Below the pieces are notes generated by a model that searched no databases, was not told the origin of the DNA, and saw only the letters and a list, made by a program, of their open reading frames with translations. Below, one piece after another: positions 24,055 through 38,434 of a stretch of 64,000 nucleotides of DNA. Every line of letters begins with the position of its first letter. Position 1 is the first letter of the stretch. Source of the stretch: Octopus sinensis (Eukaryota); assembly GCF_006345805.1 (NCBI RefSeq), contig NC_043009.1, positions 29,264,001 to 29,328,000 of the forward strand, written 5' to 3'. The position numbers and the translations under genes were made by a program.

Positions 24055-26369
24055 AAGAAAGAGGAAAACGTCCAGAGAGAAGAAACGGCATAGGCCAAGA
24101 AAAGTTATATGGTACTCATCTGTTTACTTCTACAATATAATCGCGTTTTCATATATTTATGTTATTTTAAAGAGATTACTGTAGATATTTTAAAATTGCT
24201 GTGCTGACCTCAAAACTTGCTATGGAGTCACAATCGAGAGTTATAGCAACGAAACCTTAAATTCACACCTAATCACATTATAAAAATTGAACGACCACAA
24301 TATAATTAGTCTTTACTATACTCTTTAAAAATTAAAACAAAATTAAAATAAAATCCGGAGCACCCTTCGTCGTTGCTCAACTCCTCCAGGACTTGCCTAG
24401 GCCTACACGCCACCAACACCTCCATTATTAGTAATACTAGCAACAACGACTGCAAGAACAACATTTTAAACTGTAGAGAACTAACGAGTTGTTGAGAGAT
24501 AATTCTCTTCGGGTAGATGTGAGTTTTTTTTTTTCATCGCAGTGTAAATTGGTTTTATTACAATCAAAAATATATTGATAAATGATCGAGAATGTTTTAC
24601 AAGTAAAAACGTTCAATGTCTTAATTACCAATGAAGCATGACCAATAAAAAGGAAATATCCGTTGATACAACAGAACATGAATACATATAACACTATGTC
24701 AACTATTTCAGTGTTATTCAAAGTATTGTCCTTTTCGCTATTTTGCTCCAACACTGAGTGCATCTGGCGCCGTCTTTACTGATTTATTTGTGGCTCTTCT
24801 CATATCCTTGCTGTCCTTTTAAAGGCTTTTGATGGTTGAGTCGAAGCAAGAAAGACAGCGCATGTAACCCCTTTCAAGACCTCTGAGACATCAGGGAAGA
24901 AAAAAAGTAATTTTCAACTCAGACGCCCAACCTGAGTACGTGGCCATAGAGTGGGCTCTCCTAAAAGCACCCAAGAACCAGGTGCCACGGATTAAGTTTA
25001 TCATCTCCAAACCAAAGGAATAAACAAAAAATCTATATCTCAACGCAATTTAAAAAAAAATAGCCCATATTTCAGACCCTCAAGAGACGTAGGTAACCTA
25101 TCTCCTCCAAGCTACGATACTACTCTTCGACCATTCCTAACATAAATTAGATCAATACTAAACTACCTCGAATTACAACTGAGCTGTGTGGATCGTTCAT
25201 GGCTGCCGATATTTTGTTGCAAATGATATTTTTACTACATCAAGTTCTTTTGAAATCCTTATTTTTCGTTGCTTTGCATTTTCTCTCAAGGAATATTGTA
25301 GCATTATACTATCACGAATACTGGTTGACTGTTGTGCTGTGGTTGAATTGAAAATATGTCTTTTGGCGGCGTGAACAAAATTACTTGAAGAACACCCGCA
25401 AACATTTAATTGAAGTACTTATTGTCACTCATAAAGACAATCTGGTCATTTACAGTTAACAACGGCAATAAACACTGACTGGGAAAGAAATACAGCTCTG
25501 AGATCACAGAATGTTATCGGTACGGCTACATGCAGTCTGCCCAACATAATTGAAATCAATTGCTGTAACTTTGTGGTGACGGAAATCTTTGGTAATCTCT
25601 CTTAGAACGTCTGCGTTGGTCGTCTGCCCAAAAGCCTGGAACCGTAAGAGTTGCAAGAATGGAGACATATCATCAAGGTACTCTCAATAATCTACATGGC
25701 AAAAGATGAGACGTGTGAATGAGTCGGTCGTTCTCAACACTATGCGAAGCGTTTAGGTGCCAGAACGGATTGATAGACTAATCATGTGAAGCTATTGTGG
25801 TTTGCTGACCGCTGACCTAGTGGTTGGGGTTTCAAATCACCGCTACAATACAAAAGAAAAAAATGTCGAATATATCGGCAATATTTTTGGTCTAAATCCC
25901 AAAGGCAGCTTTTTTTTGGTGTAATTCTTTGCTAAAGAGAGTTCAACAGGAAGGGCAATAAATTGATAAATTCGCAAAACAGAGACTGATAACAATTTAT
26001 TGCGGCTCTCCATGCAAGAAATATCTTGGGATTGTAATATAATATAAAGATTTATTTATTAATAGTCCTTAAAGAGGTGGCCCTATTTCACAAACTGAAG
26101 CTGATCATCAAAACAAAATGTTTTGTATTATTCTACATAAATATATATAGATAAAAAAACAGCACACAAAAGTTTTTGTTCAACGCTTCAATAGCTCATT
26201 AGAATTTCCAAACTTGTTTATACTCTTTTTTACATGCAAATTTATTTTTTATTGAAAGTAATCTGATATTTGATAAAATTATTTCTTTTAGATATGCAAC
26301 ACGATGTTCAAGTACTTTTGTGCTGCCGGGTATATTGAATTCTAATTTAGAACAAAGCCTCAACGCCAG

Positions 26370-26720
26370 ACAGATACACTAATTTATCATCAGTGGAGGA
26401 ACGAAAGGGAAAGATGACCTCTGCGGAATTTGAACTCAGAACTTAAACAGACGGAAGAAATACTACGTAGCATTTTTTTTTCCGAAACTAAAGATTCTGC
26501 GAGTTCACCGCTTTTGTGCCACATATATTGGTTTCACATTTTTGTATTATGTCCAAAATGTTGGAGGAGAGGGCTTGTCAATTACATCGATACCCATCTC
26601 AAAAAGATGAAAAGCAAAGTCGTCATCAACGGCGGAATTTGAACTCGGAACGTTAAAGACGGACGAAATGTCACTAAGGATTTTAACCGGAATGCAAGCG
26701 ATTTTGCCAGCTCACTGTCT
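26370..26720 (-). mobile_element. Two decayed SINE family A copies
   Basis: Reverse-complement family motifs. Confidence 0.7.
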
Positions 26721-26919
26721 TGTTTTTATGCTAGAAATGTTACAAACCATAGAAATAGAAAACGAAGCTTAATACTTTATAATCGGAAAACAAGGTGCAA
26801 CCAGGAGGTTAAGTAATTTGCATCTCAAGCACATGGTTTTAAGTTCAATCTCACTCAGCGGCATGAACGGGCAAATCTTTTCTACTGTCGGATGATGTGT
26901 GTTTGTGGTTGCGAAATGG

Positions 26920-27400
26920 TGTCGGTGGTAAATGAAAATGTCCTTCTAGGACTGTGTATAAAATGATTAACATCACACACGAGCGATTAACAAAAGAATT
27001 ATTCACTGCACACATTTCTTTTTGTGTTGGTCTTTGGATGGGAAATTAGAGAGACAGTTACACATCGGGAGAGACAGACTAGTGAGGTCGACGACAAAAT
27101 GGCTGGTACAGATCAATTTGTGATTAGGCCATCACAACTGGGAAAATAATCACACTAAAATCATGATGGCAAAATCCGTACCTTCTATTTGCAACGAATA
27201 ATGAGTAAAATGAGAATAAAAACATTAAAGCGGCAGCTTCAACATTGTGAAGTTACCACCAAAACTCCACCTTTTATATGGATCATTAGAAGGTTCTATA
27301 AATCTTACGCTTATTGGTTTATTAATCGGCTGATCACGTGAAACGACAGTGAACTTACCGTGATGTCAGCACGGTGAGTTCCAGCGATTCGGTTACACTA
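26920..27400. repeat. Second copy of the old repeat at 930-1450
   Basis: Collinear shared blocks. It also contains a 12-bp hairpin, gaacttaccgtg-atgtcag-cacggtgagttc. Confidence 0.75.
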
Positions 27401-27587
27401 CTGTAGCAACAGTTTGGACAATCCATTAGGAGTGGAAGTTGATTGCTGGAAACCGTGGAAATCTGTCGGATAGTTTTTGGAATTTGTAGTTAGACGGGCT
27501 GGTGGCGAGATTTTGGCTTCGTGAGCGTTTTTGACACGCAACGCATACACATTTAGTGTGCGTTTGCGTGCCTGCGTGAGTGTGTGT

Positions 27588-27689
<102 letters not shown>

Positions 27690-28122
27690 GGAGAGCGTCT
27701 CTCACTGCTTCGTCAGCGTACAATCGATGCTGCGTAAAAAGAAATACTTAGCTAGCATAAACCATTCAGACAATGGAAACATTAATTAAAATACGTGCCT
27801 GAGTAATATAAACACTGGGGTCGATATAATCGACTAAAACTTTTTGAGACAGTGTTCCAGAATGGCCGCGCTCACCATTCAACGAAGACCGTAAAAAGAA
27901 TATAAACCAATAAAAAGAACATCTTCTATTGTCTATCCTACTTATATACCCAGGTTATAATTGAGTGGCTTATCTGTCATATAACTTCAGTTAAACTTTC
28001 ATAAACACAGAAAATATAAATGAAACACAAAGTGTCTTTATATTGCTACGCCAGACATTTAAAGAAGCGATAGATAATTCCGTTATCTTAACGTGTCTTT
28101 AAAGAGCCAACAGTCATTATAC

Positions 28123-28162
<40 letters not shown>

Positions 28163-29046
28163 GCTGCTGATGCTGCTGCTGTTGTTGCTGTTACAATGTT
28201 TAAAAAATTGTATGTATTTATTATGCATGAGATAACAAGGTCACTTCTCGACTGCATGGTTTTGGGGGTTCAGTCTTATTTCGAGGTGCGTTGGACAGGT
28301 TCATTCTGGCATAGGCCCGAACAGATTAAGGCCAAGTGAGAAAATTTGGTAGAGAGGGTAACTATGCAGCAGCCTAGTATATGTGTGGATGTATATTTGT
28401 GTGTACGTGTGCATATAAGTGTGTAGAGGCGTGCGGGTATATGTGCGTATCTTTGCTTTTGTCTTTCGCCATTCGGCGAGTAGTTGTTGGCTTGTTTACG
28501 TCTTCAGTGTCTTGCAGCTCGAAAAAAAAAAGAGAGATCCGTAGAATAAATACTGTACGAAAAAGGAGAAGGAGCACTAGGATCCATTTGATCGATTAAC
28601 CGTTGAAGGCGATGCCCCAGAATGGCCGTAGTCCAATGACTAAAATCATTGACTGAATATAAGAATTTAAGACTTAACAAGCACTAAAAATATCTCTCAA
28701 AGATTGAAGAAACAACTGGGGCGATTCATTCCTTTCGGGAATTCCTGTTCTTCATCGTATTTAACATTGTAACTTCCCTCTTCGTCTTCACAAAAACTAA
28801 GGAAGTAATACATAGCACTACTTGAGTATGTATTCATATATTTCTGTCTGTCTGTCTGTCTGTCTGTATGTATGTATGTATGTACGTACGTATGTATATA
28901 GGTGTGTATCATAAGGTAAGGTGTTTTGATATGATATACATACGTTGAAATACACACACACACACACATACAACAATATCTGCTTCAACACACGATTTCA
29001 CATCAGGAATCTTGCAATACAAATTGATAAACGTACATATATATAT

Positions 29047-29091
<45 letters not shown>

Positions 29092-29278
29092 ATGTTTGTG
29101 TGTCTGTGTTTGTGCCCCACCATCGCTTCACAACCGATGTTGGTGTGTTTACGTCCCCGTAACATTGGCGGCTAGGCAAAAGAGACCGATAGAATAAGTA
29201 CTAGTCCTGGGATCGACTTGTTCGACTAAAGGCGGTGCTCCAGCACTGCCGCAGCCAAATGACTGAAACAAGTAAAAA

Positions 29279-29329
<51 letters not shown>

Positions 29330-29404
29330 GGGTCGTTTGTAGCAATACATAAATCCAGAGGAGAAGCACACTCTAAGATGTAAAGCTGTACCTATTACAG
29401 TTGA

Positions 29405-29590
29405 GTAGACCGGTTTATGGGGTTAGCCTGTGTTTCTCGCTCATAAGGGGTTTGGCCTTATGGCGTATCTTCAGATCTTAATCGCTGCTGAAGAGGTCTC
29501 TGACCAGCAGTGTTTGGGGTTTGAAGATACGCCGTAAGGCTAAACCCCTTATGAGCGAGAAACCCAGAGCAACCCCATAAACCGGCCTAC
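29405..29590. repeat. Foldback element whose arms are decayed hammerhead folds
   Basis: Arms of about 70 bp, gtagaccggtttatggggtt...atcttca / tgaagatacgcc...ccccataaaccggcctac. The right arm reads GGGGU UUGAAGA [stem II] GAAAC CCAGA GCA ACCCC. Confidence 0.8.
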
Positions 29591-30369
29591 CCTACAATAA
29601 TATATATATGTATATATATGTGTGTGTATGGATACACACATATATGCATACATATATTAATATCTATATATATGTACAAATACATACATACATACGTATG
29701 TATGTGTGAGTGTCCGTGTGAATGTATGTGTGTATGTGTTATGTATGATGCCTAAGCAATAAGAGTCAATATTAAACGTCTGTTCGACTGAAGAATTTTC
29801 AGCATTGCGCAGTTATCATAGGAAACACTTTCAGGATAAATTGCTCACCATTTCTTCGAAATAATCTGAAATGTGTCAAAATACTGATAAGTTTTATATG
29901 TGACAGCCGAATATTTAGTGCTATGTTCTATAATTATGTATCAATAGCGAATAAAAATGAAAGTTCTCTTGTGAAAGATATGGATATAGTAAGGATTAAA
30001 TTGAAGAACGCCTGTCTTTCCTTGCTCTCCCTCTCACCATCTCTCTAGTCTATCATTTGCTCCAATCCTTTCTTTCCCGCTCATATTATATCTCTTTGCT
30101 TTTAATTTCCTTCGATCTGTTTTTCTTAAAAACACCCCTCTTTCTACGAACTACGCCATTTTTTTCTGTATTTTCCACACATACCGTTTCATTGCTGTGT
30201 GTGTGTGTGTGTGTGTGTGTGTTGTGTGTGTGTGAGTGAGTGCGTGCGGGTGTGTGTGTGTTTGTGCATTCACTTATATGCAAATGCACTTATGTTTAAT
30301 ATTACAAATATACATTATACATAAAGATGTTTATATGCATATATCTATCTATCTTTATATGTATACATA

Positions 30370-30411
<42 letters not shown>

Positions 30412-30497
30412 TATATATGTATATCCATCTATCTACTACTATATATGTGTGTATGTACGTATGTGACTCTACATATGCGTTTCTCTCTCTATCTATA

Positions 30498-30545
<48 letters not shown>

Positions 30546-31449
30546 ATATATTAATATATATGTATATGTGTATATATATATTTTTAATATATATATTAAT
30601 ATATGTATATATATATTTATATTTATATTAATATTTATATATATATATATGTATACATATATACATTTATATGTATATATATATATATACACACACACAG
30701 ATACACATATATTTATTAGTATATTAGTATATGCGTGTGTGTGCGTGCATGTGTGTATGTGCACGTATGTGTATGCGTGTGTGTGTCTGTATGACTATGT
30801 GAATGCAGTTATTCATGATTTCAGGCTAACGTATCTCTGTCTACACGCATGTGTATGTGGGCCTATGTGTTAGTATGCACATGCCCATGCATGTGTGCAT
30901 GTATCTAAGACGATATTCCAAGGTTTAATCAAAGAAGATGGTACTCAATAACCGCGAAAGAGTTTCTAATTATTTATTAATATATTGGAACTTAAAATTT
31001 CACTGCTTCATTACTGAGTTTCATGTCGTCTGATGATTACCTTGCTCTGACATGAAACCCCATTAATGAAGCTGTGAAATTTTATATCTAAATACACCCA
31101 CCCAACCACACACACACACCTTCGCACATATATGTATATCGATATAGATATGTATAAATAGGTGTGTGTGCGCGTGTGCATGTGTATATATAAACACGAA
31201 CGCGCACATGTATACATAACTATATTTACATATATGTATGTGTGTATTAAATTGATATTCAGGGCAAGCGAGTAAGTACATGATATATATATATATACAT
31301 ATCCATATATATGTATATACATATATATGTGTATGTGTGTGTGTATTAATAAATTAATATATATATGTGTATATATATATATATATTATATATACACATG
31401 TATATATATGTATGTATATATATGTGTGTGTGTGTGTGTGTATGTAGTG

Positions 31450-31576
<127 letters not shown>

Positions 31577-32561
31577 AAGAGATATATAGATGGAAAGGTG
31601 TTCATACATATGCAAAATGCATTTGAGTTTATGGCATGAATATGTTTGGAGATTTATATTTAAATATTCCTTTTGTGTACGAGCGTACAGTACTTTAGGT
31701 GCAAATAGGACTTTCCATGCACATGTACTAACGAACGTATGTATATATGTATATGTACGTATATATATATATGCATATATGCATGTGTCTGCATGTACGT
31801 GTACATACATACGTACTTACATAAATGCAAACACATCTATTAATGCCTAAGTACACTTATATACACACAAATGCACTCGCACATAACTGCACAGTTGGTT
31901 GCATACGAAAATAATTTATCTCGTATATCTATATATATGCATGTTTCCAGAATATGAATGCGGTTACCTCTTACATGCGACGGTTTCTTCAAACATTAGC
32001 TTAAAATTACAACAAATACAAAATATCGGTGTTTCATCCTAGCTAAAACAATCAGTAATAGCATAACAGAATATCTGCAAGCAATTATCTAAGTAATTGT
32101 TTGGAGTATGGCATACGGAAGCTAGATCTACAATTCTCATTCATAGCAAGGTACTGCGTTTATATTTTGGGAGGGTCACTATGCCAATAATGAACCCACG
32201 CCCTGGTTCTGTTTCACTGCTTTTAGTATTTATTTGTTAATAGGTCAGTTATTTGACCAATTAACTCATGAACAGTTTGGTTAATCGCTCGGCTAATCAA
32301 TTAATCATTTATGTTATATTTCTTGTATGTTTTATCGTTTGTCATCTTCTTTCAGTCATTCAACTACTGCTATGCAATCATGCCGCCTTGAATGGTTTGG
32401 TCGGATAAATCGATGTTAACATTTATTTTTTAAAGTGTCGTACTTTGTCTTTGGGGCTCTTTTGTGGAACCATTATTTATGGGGATATAGGCAAACCAAC
32501 ACCGATTGTCAAGCATGGGGTAGTAAATACAAACACACACACGAATATATATATATATATA

Positions 32562-32948
32562 TACTAGCAGTATCGCCCGGCGTTGCTCGGGTTTGTAAGA
32601 GAAATAACTATATAAGCATTTTTAGAGAGTTATAGCCAAAAACTGCATTAAAAATGGAAAAAAATGATGGTAATTTTTTTTAAATCGTTGACTCATCGTA
32701 GACAGTTTTAGAGAGTTACTTCCCTTATATAATAGCGGAAAAATGCATTAAAATGGAAAAAAATGATGGTAAATTTTTTTTTAAATCGTAGACTCATCGT
32801 AGACGCGCGCTAATACCCAGAAGGGCTCGACATGAATCACGACTATAAGATACCCGGTTTTGGTTAAACTGCACCGCAAAATGTGGGAGTAGTTAGGAAT
32901 CTAAATCGTAGGAGACAGACACACAACCTCTGTTTTATATATAAAGAT
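32562..32948 (+). mobile_element. Non-autonomous Helitron/Helentron-like element
   Basis: Starts tactagcagtatcgcccggcgttgctcggg (subterminal inverted motif), has an internal ~105-bp tandem duplication and ends ttttatatataaagat. No TSD is evident. Confidence 0.6.
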
Positions 32949-33050
32949 ATATAATATATATACGTTTATATATATAAATATATATGTGTGTATATTAAAT
33001 GTATGTATTTATGTGCATATATATATATGTATATATATTGAATGTATGTA

Positions 33051-33094
<44 letters not shown>

Positions 33095-33306
33095 CTGTAG
33101 AAATGAGTTGCGACGTCACTGGTGCCAAGTTGTATCGACCTTTGTCTTTCCCTTGGATAACACTGGTGGCGTGGAGAGGGGAGGCTGGTATGCATGGGCG
33201 ACTGCTGGTCTTCCATAAACAACCTTGCCCGGACTTGTGTCTAGGAGAGTAACTTTCTAGGTGCAATCCCATGGTCATTCATGACCGAAGGGGGTCTTTA
33301 CCTTTT

Positions 33307-33337
<31 letters not shown>

Positions 33338-33649
33338 GCATATATGGGTACAGGACGTTACCAACGGTGCAAATAACATGAACTACATAAAGAACGAGAA
33401 AACATGGAAAACAGGACAAGTAAACACAGAGAGAGGACCCTTCATCAGTTGTCGGCTGTCTATCTTCTCCTCGAGCCACCCGCAGATTCCTCTACCAAAT
33501 TCTCTCATTCTCTCCCATGGAATTAGCCGACCCGTCCAAAATGCCACATATTGGGACTGAATCAAAATCTGCCGGGTTTGCAAATCCCATACCCTTTCTT
33601 ATTTTCGAGCCAGACCTACTCTCAGTTGCCGATGACATTTACAATTCAG

Positions 33650-34552
33650 TTAGTTTTGCAGAACCGTTAGCATCCCGGACAAAAGGCTTTGCGTCATTTC
33701 GTTCGTCTTTATGTTCCGAGTCCATATGCTACAGAGCTTGACTTTGCCTTGTATTTTTTCCAGGACGCTGAAATAGGTACCAGTCATATACTGGAGTCGA
33801 TGTAATCGACCAGCCACCTTCCCCGCAATTTTCAAGCCGTGTGTCTATCGTAGGAAGGAGCATAATATATTAATCAATGACAGGGCAGCGAGTCGGCAGA
33901 ATCGTTAGTACGCCGGACGAAATACTTAGCGGTGTTTCATCTGACGTTACGTTCTGAGTTCAAATTCCGGCGAGGTTGGCTTTGCCTTTTATCCTTTCGG
34001 GATCGATTAAATAAGTACCAGTTACGCACTGGCGTTGACGTAATCCCTTTGCCCTTGCTTTAAAGAAATACATATCAATCAATGACCAATATTCACGTAT
34101 GCTCAATGCCCAACTATTCCGTTTGAACTCAGAACGTAAAGGCGGACGAAATACCCATTTCTTTACTACCCACAAGGGGCTAAACACTGAGGGGACGAAA
34201 AAGGACAGACAAACGGATTAAGTTGATTATATCGACTCCAGTGCGTAACTGGTACTTATTTAATCGACCTCGAAAGGATGAAAGGCAAAGTCAACCTTGG
34301 CGGAATTTGAACGCAGAATGTAACGGCAGACGAAATACCTATTTCTTTACTACCCACAAGGGGCTAAACACAGAGAGGACAGACAAGGAGATTAAGTCGA
34401 TTACATCGACCCCAGTGCGTAACTGGTACTTAATTTATCGACCCCGAAAGGATGAAAGGCAAAGTCGACTTCGGCGGAATTTGAACTCAGAACGTAATAC
34501 CGCTCAGCATTTCATCCGGCGTGCTAACGATTCTGCCAGCTCGCCGCCTTAA
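33650..34552. mobile_element. SINE family A cluster: plus copies (33650-34050) facing tandem minus units (34110-34552)
   Basis: Family motifs; the ~185-bp unit is tandemly repeated. Confidence 0.88.
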
Positions 34553-35037
34553 TCGTTACTTGCGTGAATACCAATTCAGCTAACAAAAATCAACTTGGAA
34601 ATGCTTCCAAATATATTGCATGAAGGTAAAAAGCCCAATATATTCATATATCGGAGCATCGAAGCTAACACCTACATAACACACAAATCCACAAGTAATA
34701 ACACATTTCCATTCACTTCTACCATTTATATATGCTCGTATATGCATACATGCGTGTATATATAGGAATATAAATGAGGGTGATTGTTAACAAAAAATTC
34801 CATAGCCAATAGGAGGGCGCATATGTAGCCACTCGATCTGCTGGAAACAACAGCAAATTCTGTATCAAATTGTATTGTACTTTCTTGACAACGAATATGT
34901 TTGCTAATGTGGTCCGTGGTTCATTGTGTATAGGAAAAAGAAGAGATGGCCATGCCTGGAATCTAACTGATATTCTACTTGATTTGTGGTTATTCAATAA
35001 GTATTTAGATATTTGCACGCACAAAAAGTGCATACAT

Positions 35038-35094
<57 letters not shown>

Positions 35095-35163
35095 GTGTAT
35101 ATATAGATGTATATATATATATATAATATATATATATATGAATATATATATATATATTGTATG

Positions 35164-35206
<43 letters not shown>

Positions 35207-35395
35207 AAAAAATGAAGTTCGAAAATGCTGCTATATTATACAATTTTTAATTTTTATATATACATTATAACATGTTTCAGTTATATATATATATATATAT
35301 ATAAAATATTATTAGAGACAAAACCACTATTTTGCAAAACAACAAGGAAAGACTTAATCAATACATAAAATTTTAATAAATAGTCAAAAAAACCG

Positions 35396-35438
35396 CCACT
35401 ACCATCGTTTCTTGTCTTGATCGACAATCTTCAGGTGG
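35396..35438 (-). ncRNA. Type I hammerhead fold (left arm)
   Basis: CCAC CUGAAGA UUGUC GAUCAA GACAA GAAAC GAUG GUA^GUGG. Confidence 0.65.
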
Positions 35439-35500
35439 ACTTCCAATAAGTCAGTTTCAAATTATGAAACTTCATAATTTGAAACTGACTTATTGGAAGT

Positions 35501-35543
35501 CCACCTGAAGATTGTCGATCAAGACAAGAAACGATTGTAGTGG
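35501..35543 (+). ncRNA. Type I hammerhead fold (right arm)
   Basis: CCAC CUGAAGA UUGUC GAUCAA GACAA GAAAC GAUU GUA^GUGG; predicted cleavage after 35539. Confidence 0.65.
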
Positions 35544-35714
35544 CGGTTTTTTGACTATTTATTAAAATTTATGTATTGATTAAGTCTTTCCTTGTTTGTT
35601 TTGCAAAATAGTGGTTTTGTCTCTAATAATATTTTATAATATTTTACTATAAAATTGGATTTAATCCTAATCTGATTTTTTCCCTGTAAATTTGGATTTA
35701 TTCCCTAATATTTA

Positions 35715-35752
<38 letters not shown>

Positions 35753-35753
35753 G

Positions 35754-35787
<34 letters not shown>

Positions 35788-36324
35788 TATATATATGTTT
35801 GAATGTATATACATATATATATATACTTGTATATATATAAATGTATATATGTATATATATATGCATTCATGAATGCATATGCAAGTAATATATATGCGGT
35901 TGTGCGTTTCATATGAATATATGCATCCCAAAACAGTGACCTCAAGCAGACGTCTATATATATACTTTCAAGATTACCATCAGCACGTATGTAGATCTTA
36001 CACACACTCCCTCGCATATTATATATATATATATTATATACATCAATAGACACGAGACAAGCAACAAATATGCATACACACACACGCGCGAGCATACATT
36101 TATACGAGTGTGAGTCAGAGAGTGGTGCAATTTTTATTTGCATTACTTTTTAACTCAGTCTATACAAATATATATATATAAATATATATATGTATGTATA
36201 TATACGTACATACATATATATACACATACATATATACATATATATATACATACATACACACATATATATATACACATATACATATATGTATGTATGTATG
36301 TATCTATCTATATATGTATCTATG

Positions 36325-36367
<43 letters not shown>

Positions 36368-36900
36368 GGAGTAAATTGAAATAGCAATATTAACATGAAA
36401 ATACCATTAGCAAAAGGTTGCCTGCCAAAAAGAAGGTTAGCAGAGCACAGAGAGAAAATATGGGACTCAGAATTGTGGGTAGGTGTGAAACAATAACAGT
36501 ATCAAGCAGGGGTGGAGAGTGTAACTATTGATTAGAGAAGCATATAACGGTAGAGAGAGGGGGAGAGATGCGGGAAGAGCTGAAAGGTGGAGTGTTCTCT
36601 ACCGTTAATTCATATTTATATTAATCTAAAAGTAGATGATTTAGTTTCTTACATATTTGTTTTCATTAGCTTATTTCTGTTTTTTTTTTCTTTTTAGATT
36701 TATATATTTCCCCCAGTCATCGTTGTCGTCGTCGTCGTCGTCGTCGTCCTCCTCCTCCTCCTCCTCTTCGTCACCACTATCTGAGTATTTCTAATGTTCA
36801 ATCAAGATAAAGGAAGAAAAAATTAGGAACATTTGCATTGTTTTCCTCTGTGTATATGTATGTGTGTGTGTAAGCGTGCGTGTCTGTATAAGTGCATGAG

Positions 36901-36950
<50 letters not shown>

Positions 36951-37687
36951 TACAAATTTACACACATATGCACACAAACATATGTATATATAAGCATAGG
37001 CATACATATTAAAAATATATGTGTGTATATATGCATACATACATACATACATATATACATATATATAGGTGAAGAAAAGCGAGTGATTGATCTATAAATA
37101 TACATATGTACGTATATGTATATATTTGCATATATATTGTATATGCGAATATATGTATGCATATATACATATATATGCTTATTTATATATGTTAACGTAG
37201 GTTCATATGTGTGTGTGTGTGTGTGTGTACACACTCAAGCATTCACATATACATATGTTTATGTGTGAGTGTACATATAGTAATTATATGAATAAATAAA
37301 TTGGTGAATTATACTGTGAATCGTTTCCGTGCAAAGCAGATTAATAAGAAAGCCCAATAATTGAGAAAATATATAAAATACAGAGGGATAATATTTACAG
37401 AGCTATATAGATGCAACGAAAACGAAAAGGCACTTGAAAATAAAGCCAAAGACGCATATTGATATAAAAATATCGTAATTACTATAACAGCTCCTAATTA
37501 TCTAAACTAGTTTCCACACATTTTCTGGTGACACAGTAACACTCTCAAGTTTGGGTATAAATTTGTTAGGGATGTTTTTTTTCAGAATTGTTGAGTTTGT
37601 TGGCAAATGATTGTTAGGCTTATACTAGGTATGAAACTCCGATTTACAACGCATTATAAATAACGTGTGTGTGTGTGTATGTTATCG

Positions 37688-37719
<32 letters not shown>

Positions 37720-38434
37720 AGTATACATTGGTAAAACAACGGAATAGTTTACATTGGTATAACAACAAGTCGGTTTAAAGTTAGTAATAGTCAGCATAAA
37801 TATACATTTAGAACACAACATCACAGCGAAGATTGGATAATATTTCAACGGTGCACATATGGCATTGGAAAATCAATAAGCTAAATCAAAACTATCAGTC
37901 TGCTGCTTTATTTAAGAAAATAGAAATCATAATCTGTTGCTTAAAAGTACACTCGCAAATTATTCATGTTGAAACAATAACAAGACACGTATTAATCATG
38001 TAATGTTAGTTTTTTCTTCCAGATACATGACAGAAAATATTATTTATAATAAAATATCCATTAATACGATAGGAAAATATGAAATCCTAAAATATAAACG
38101 ACATATATTTTAATTCATAAATTTTACCTTTTCCGTTTCCTTGACGACTGTTTATAATAGATTTCATGTGATTTCCCCTTAGCTTGGCTTTGTGGTTAAG
38201 AAGCTAGGCGCAGGCATGAGTGGGTGGTTAACAAGTGCGTGCTTTTGGGTTTAGTCGTAGGTATTTATAAATGCGAGTGTGTGTGTGTATTTATGTGTGT
38301 ACCTTTGTGTTTGTCCCCCATCCACCATCGCTTGGTTTGTTTACGTTCATGTAACTAAGCTGTTTGGCAAATAAAACTGATAAAATTAGTAACATTTTTT
38401 TTTTTCACAAACAGAAATATTGTAGTAGTAGTAG

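Larger units (their letters stand above)
35300..35638. repeat. Near-perfect ~340-bp palindrome (Penelope-like terminus pair)
   Basis: Arms of about 168 bp around a 2-nt loop (ac at 35469-35470), with only three small differences seen. Confidence 0.95.

Noticed and set aside
24437-24763. 108-aa ATG ORF with a hydrophobic stretch (receptor-like N-terminus)
   Set aside because: Only one hydrophobic segment, runs through a poly-A tract, and has no family motif.
33330-33650. Penelope-like repeat with CUGAUGA on the minus strand
   Set aside because: No GAAA or closing stems could be placed in this copy.
34110-34552. Regularly spaced repeats resembling a CRISPR array
   Set aside because: These are tandem SINE units with no unique spacers, no cas genes, and a eukaryotic context.
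37725-37900. YIGKT motif suggesting a GIY-YIG endonuclease
   Set aside because: Immediately followed by stops and no upstream GIY; insufficient support.
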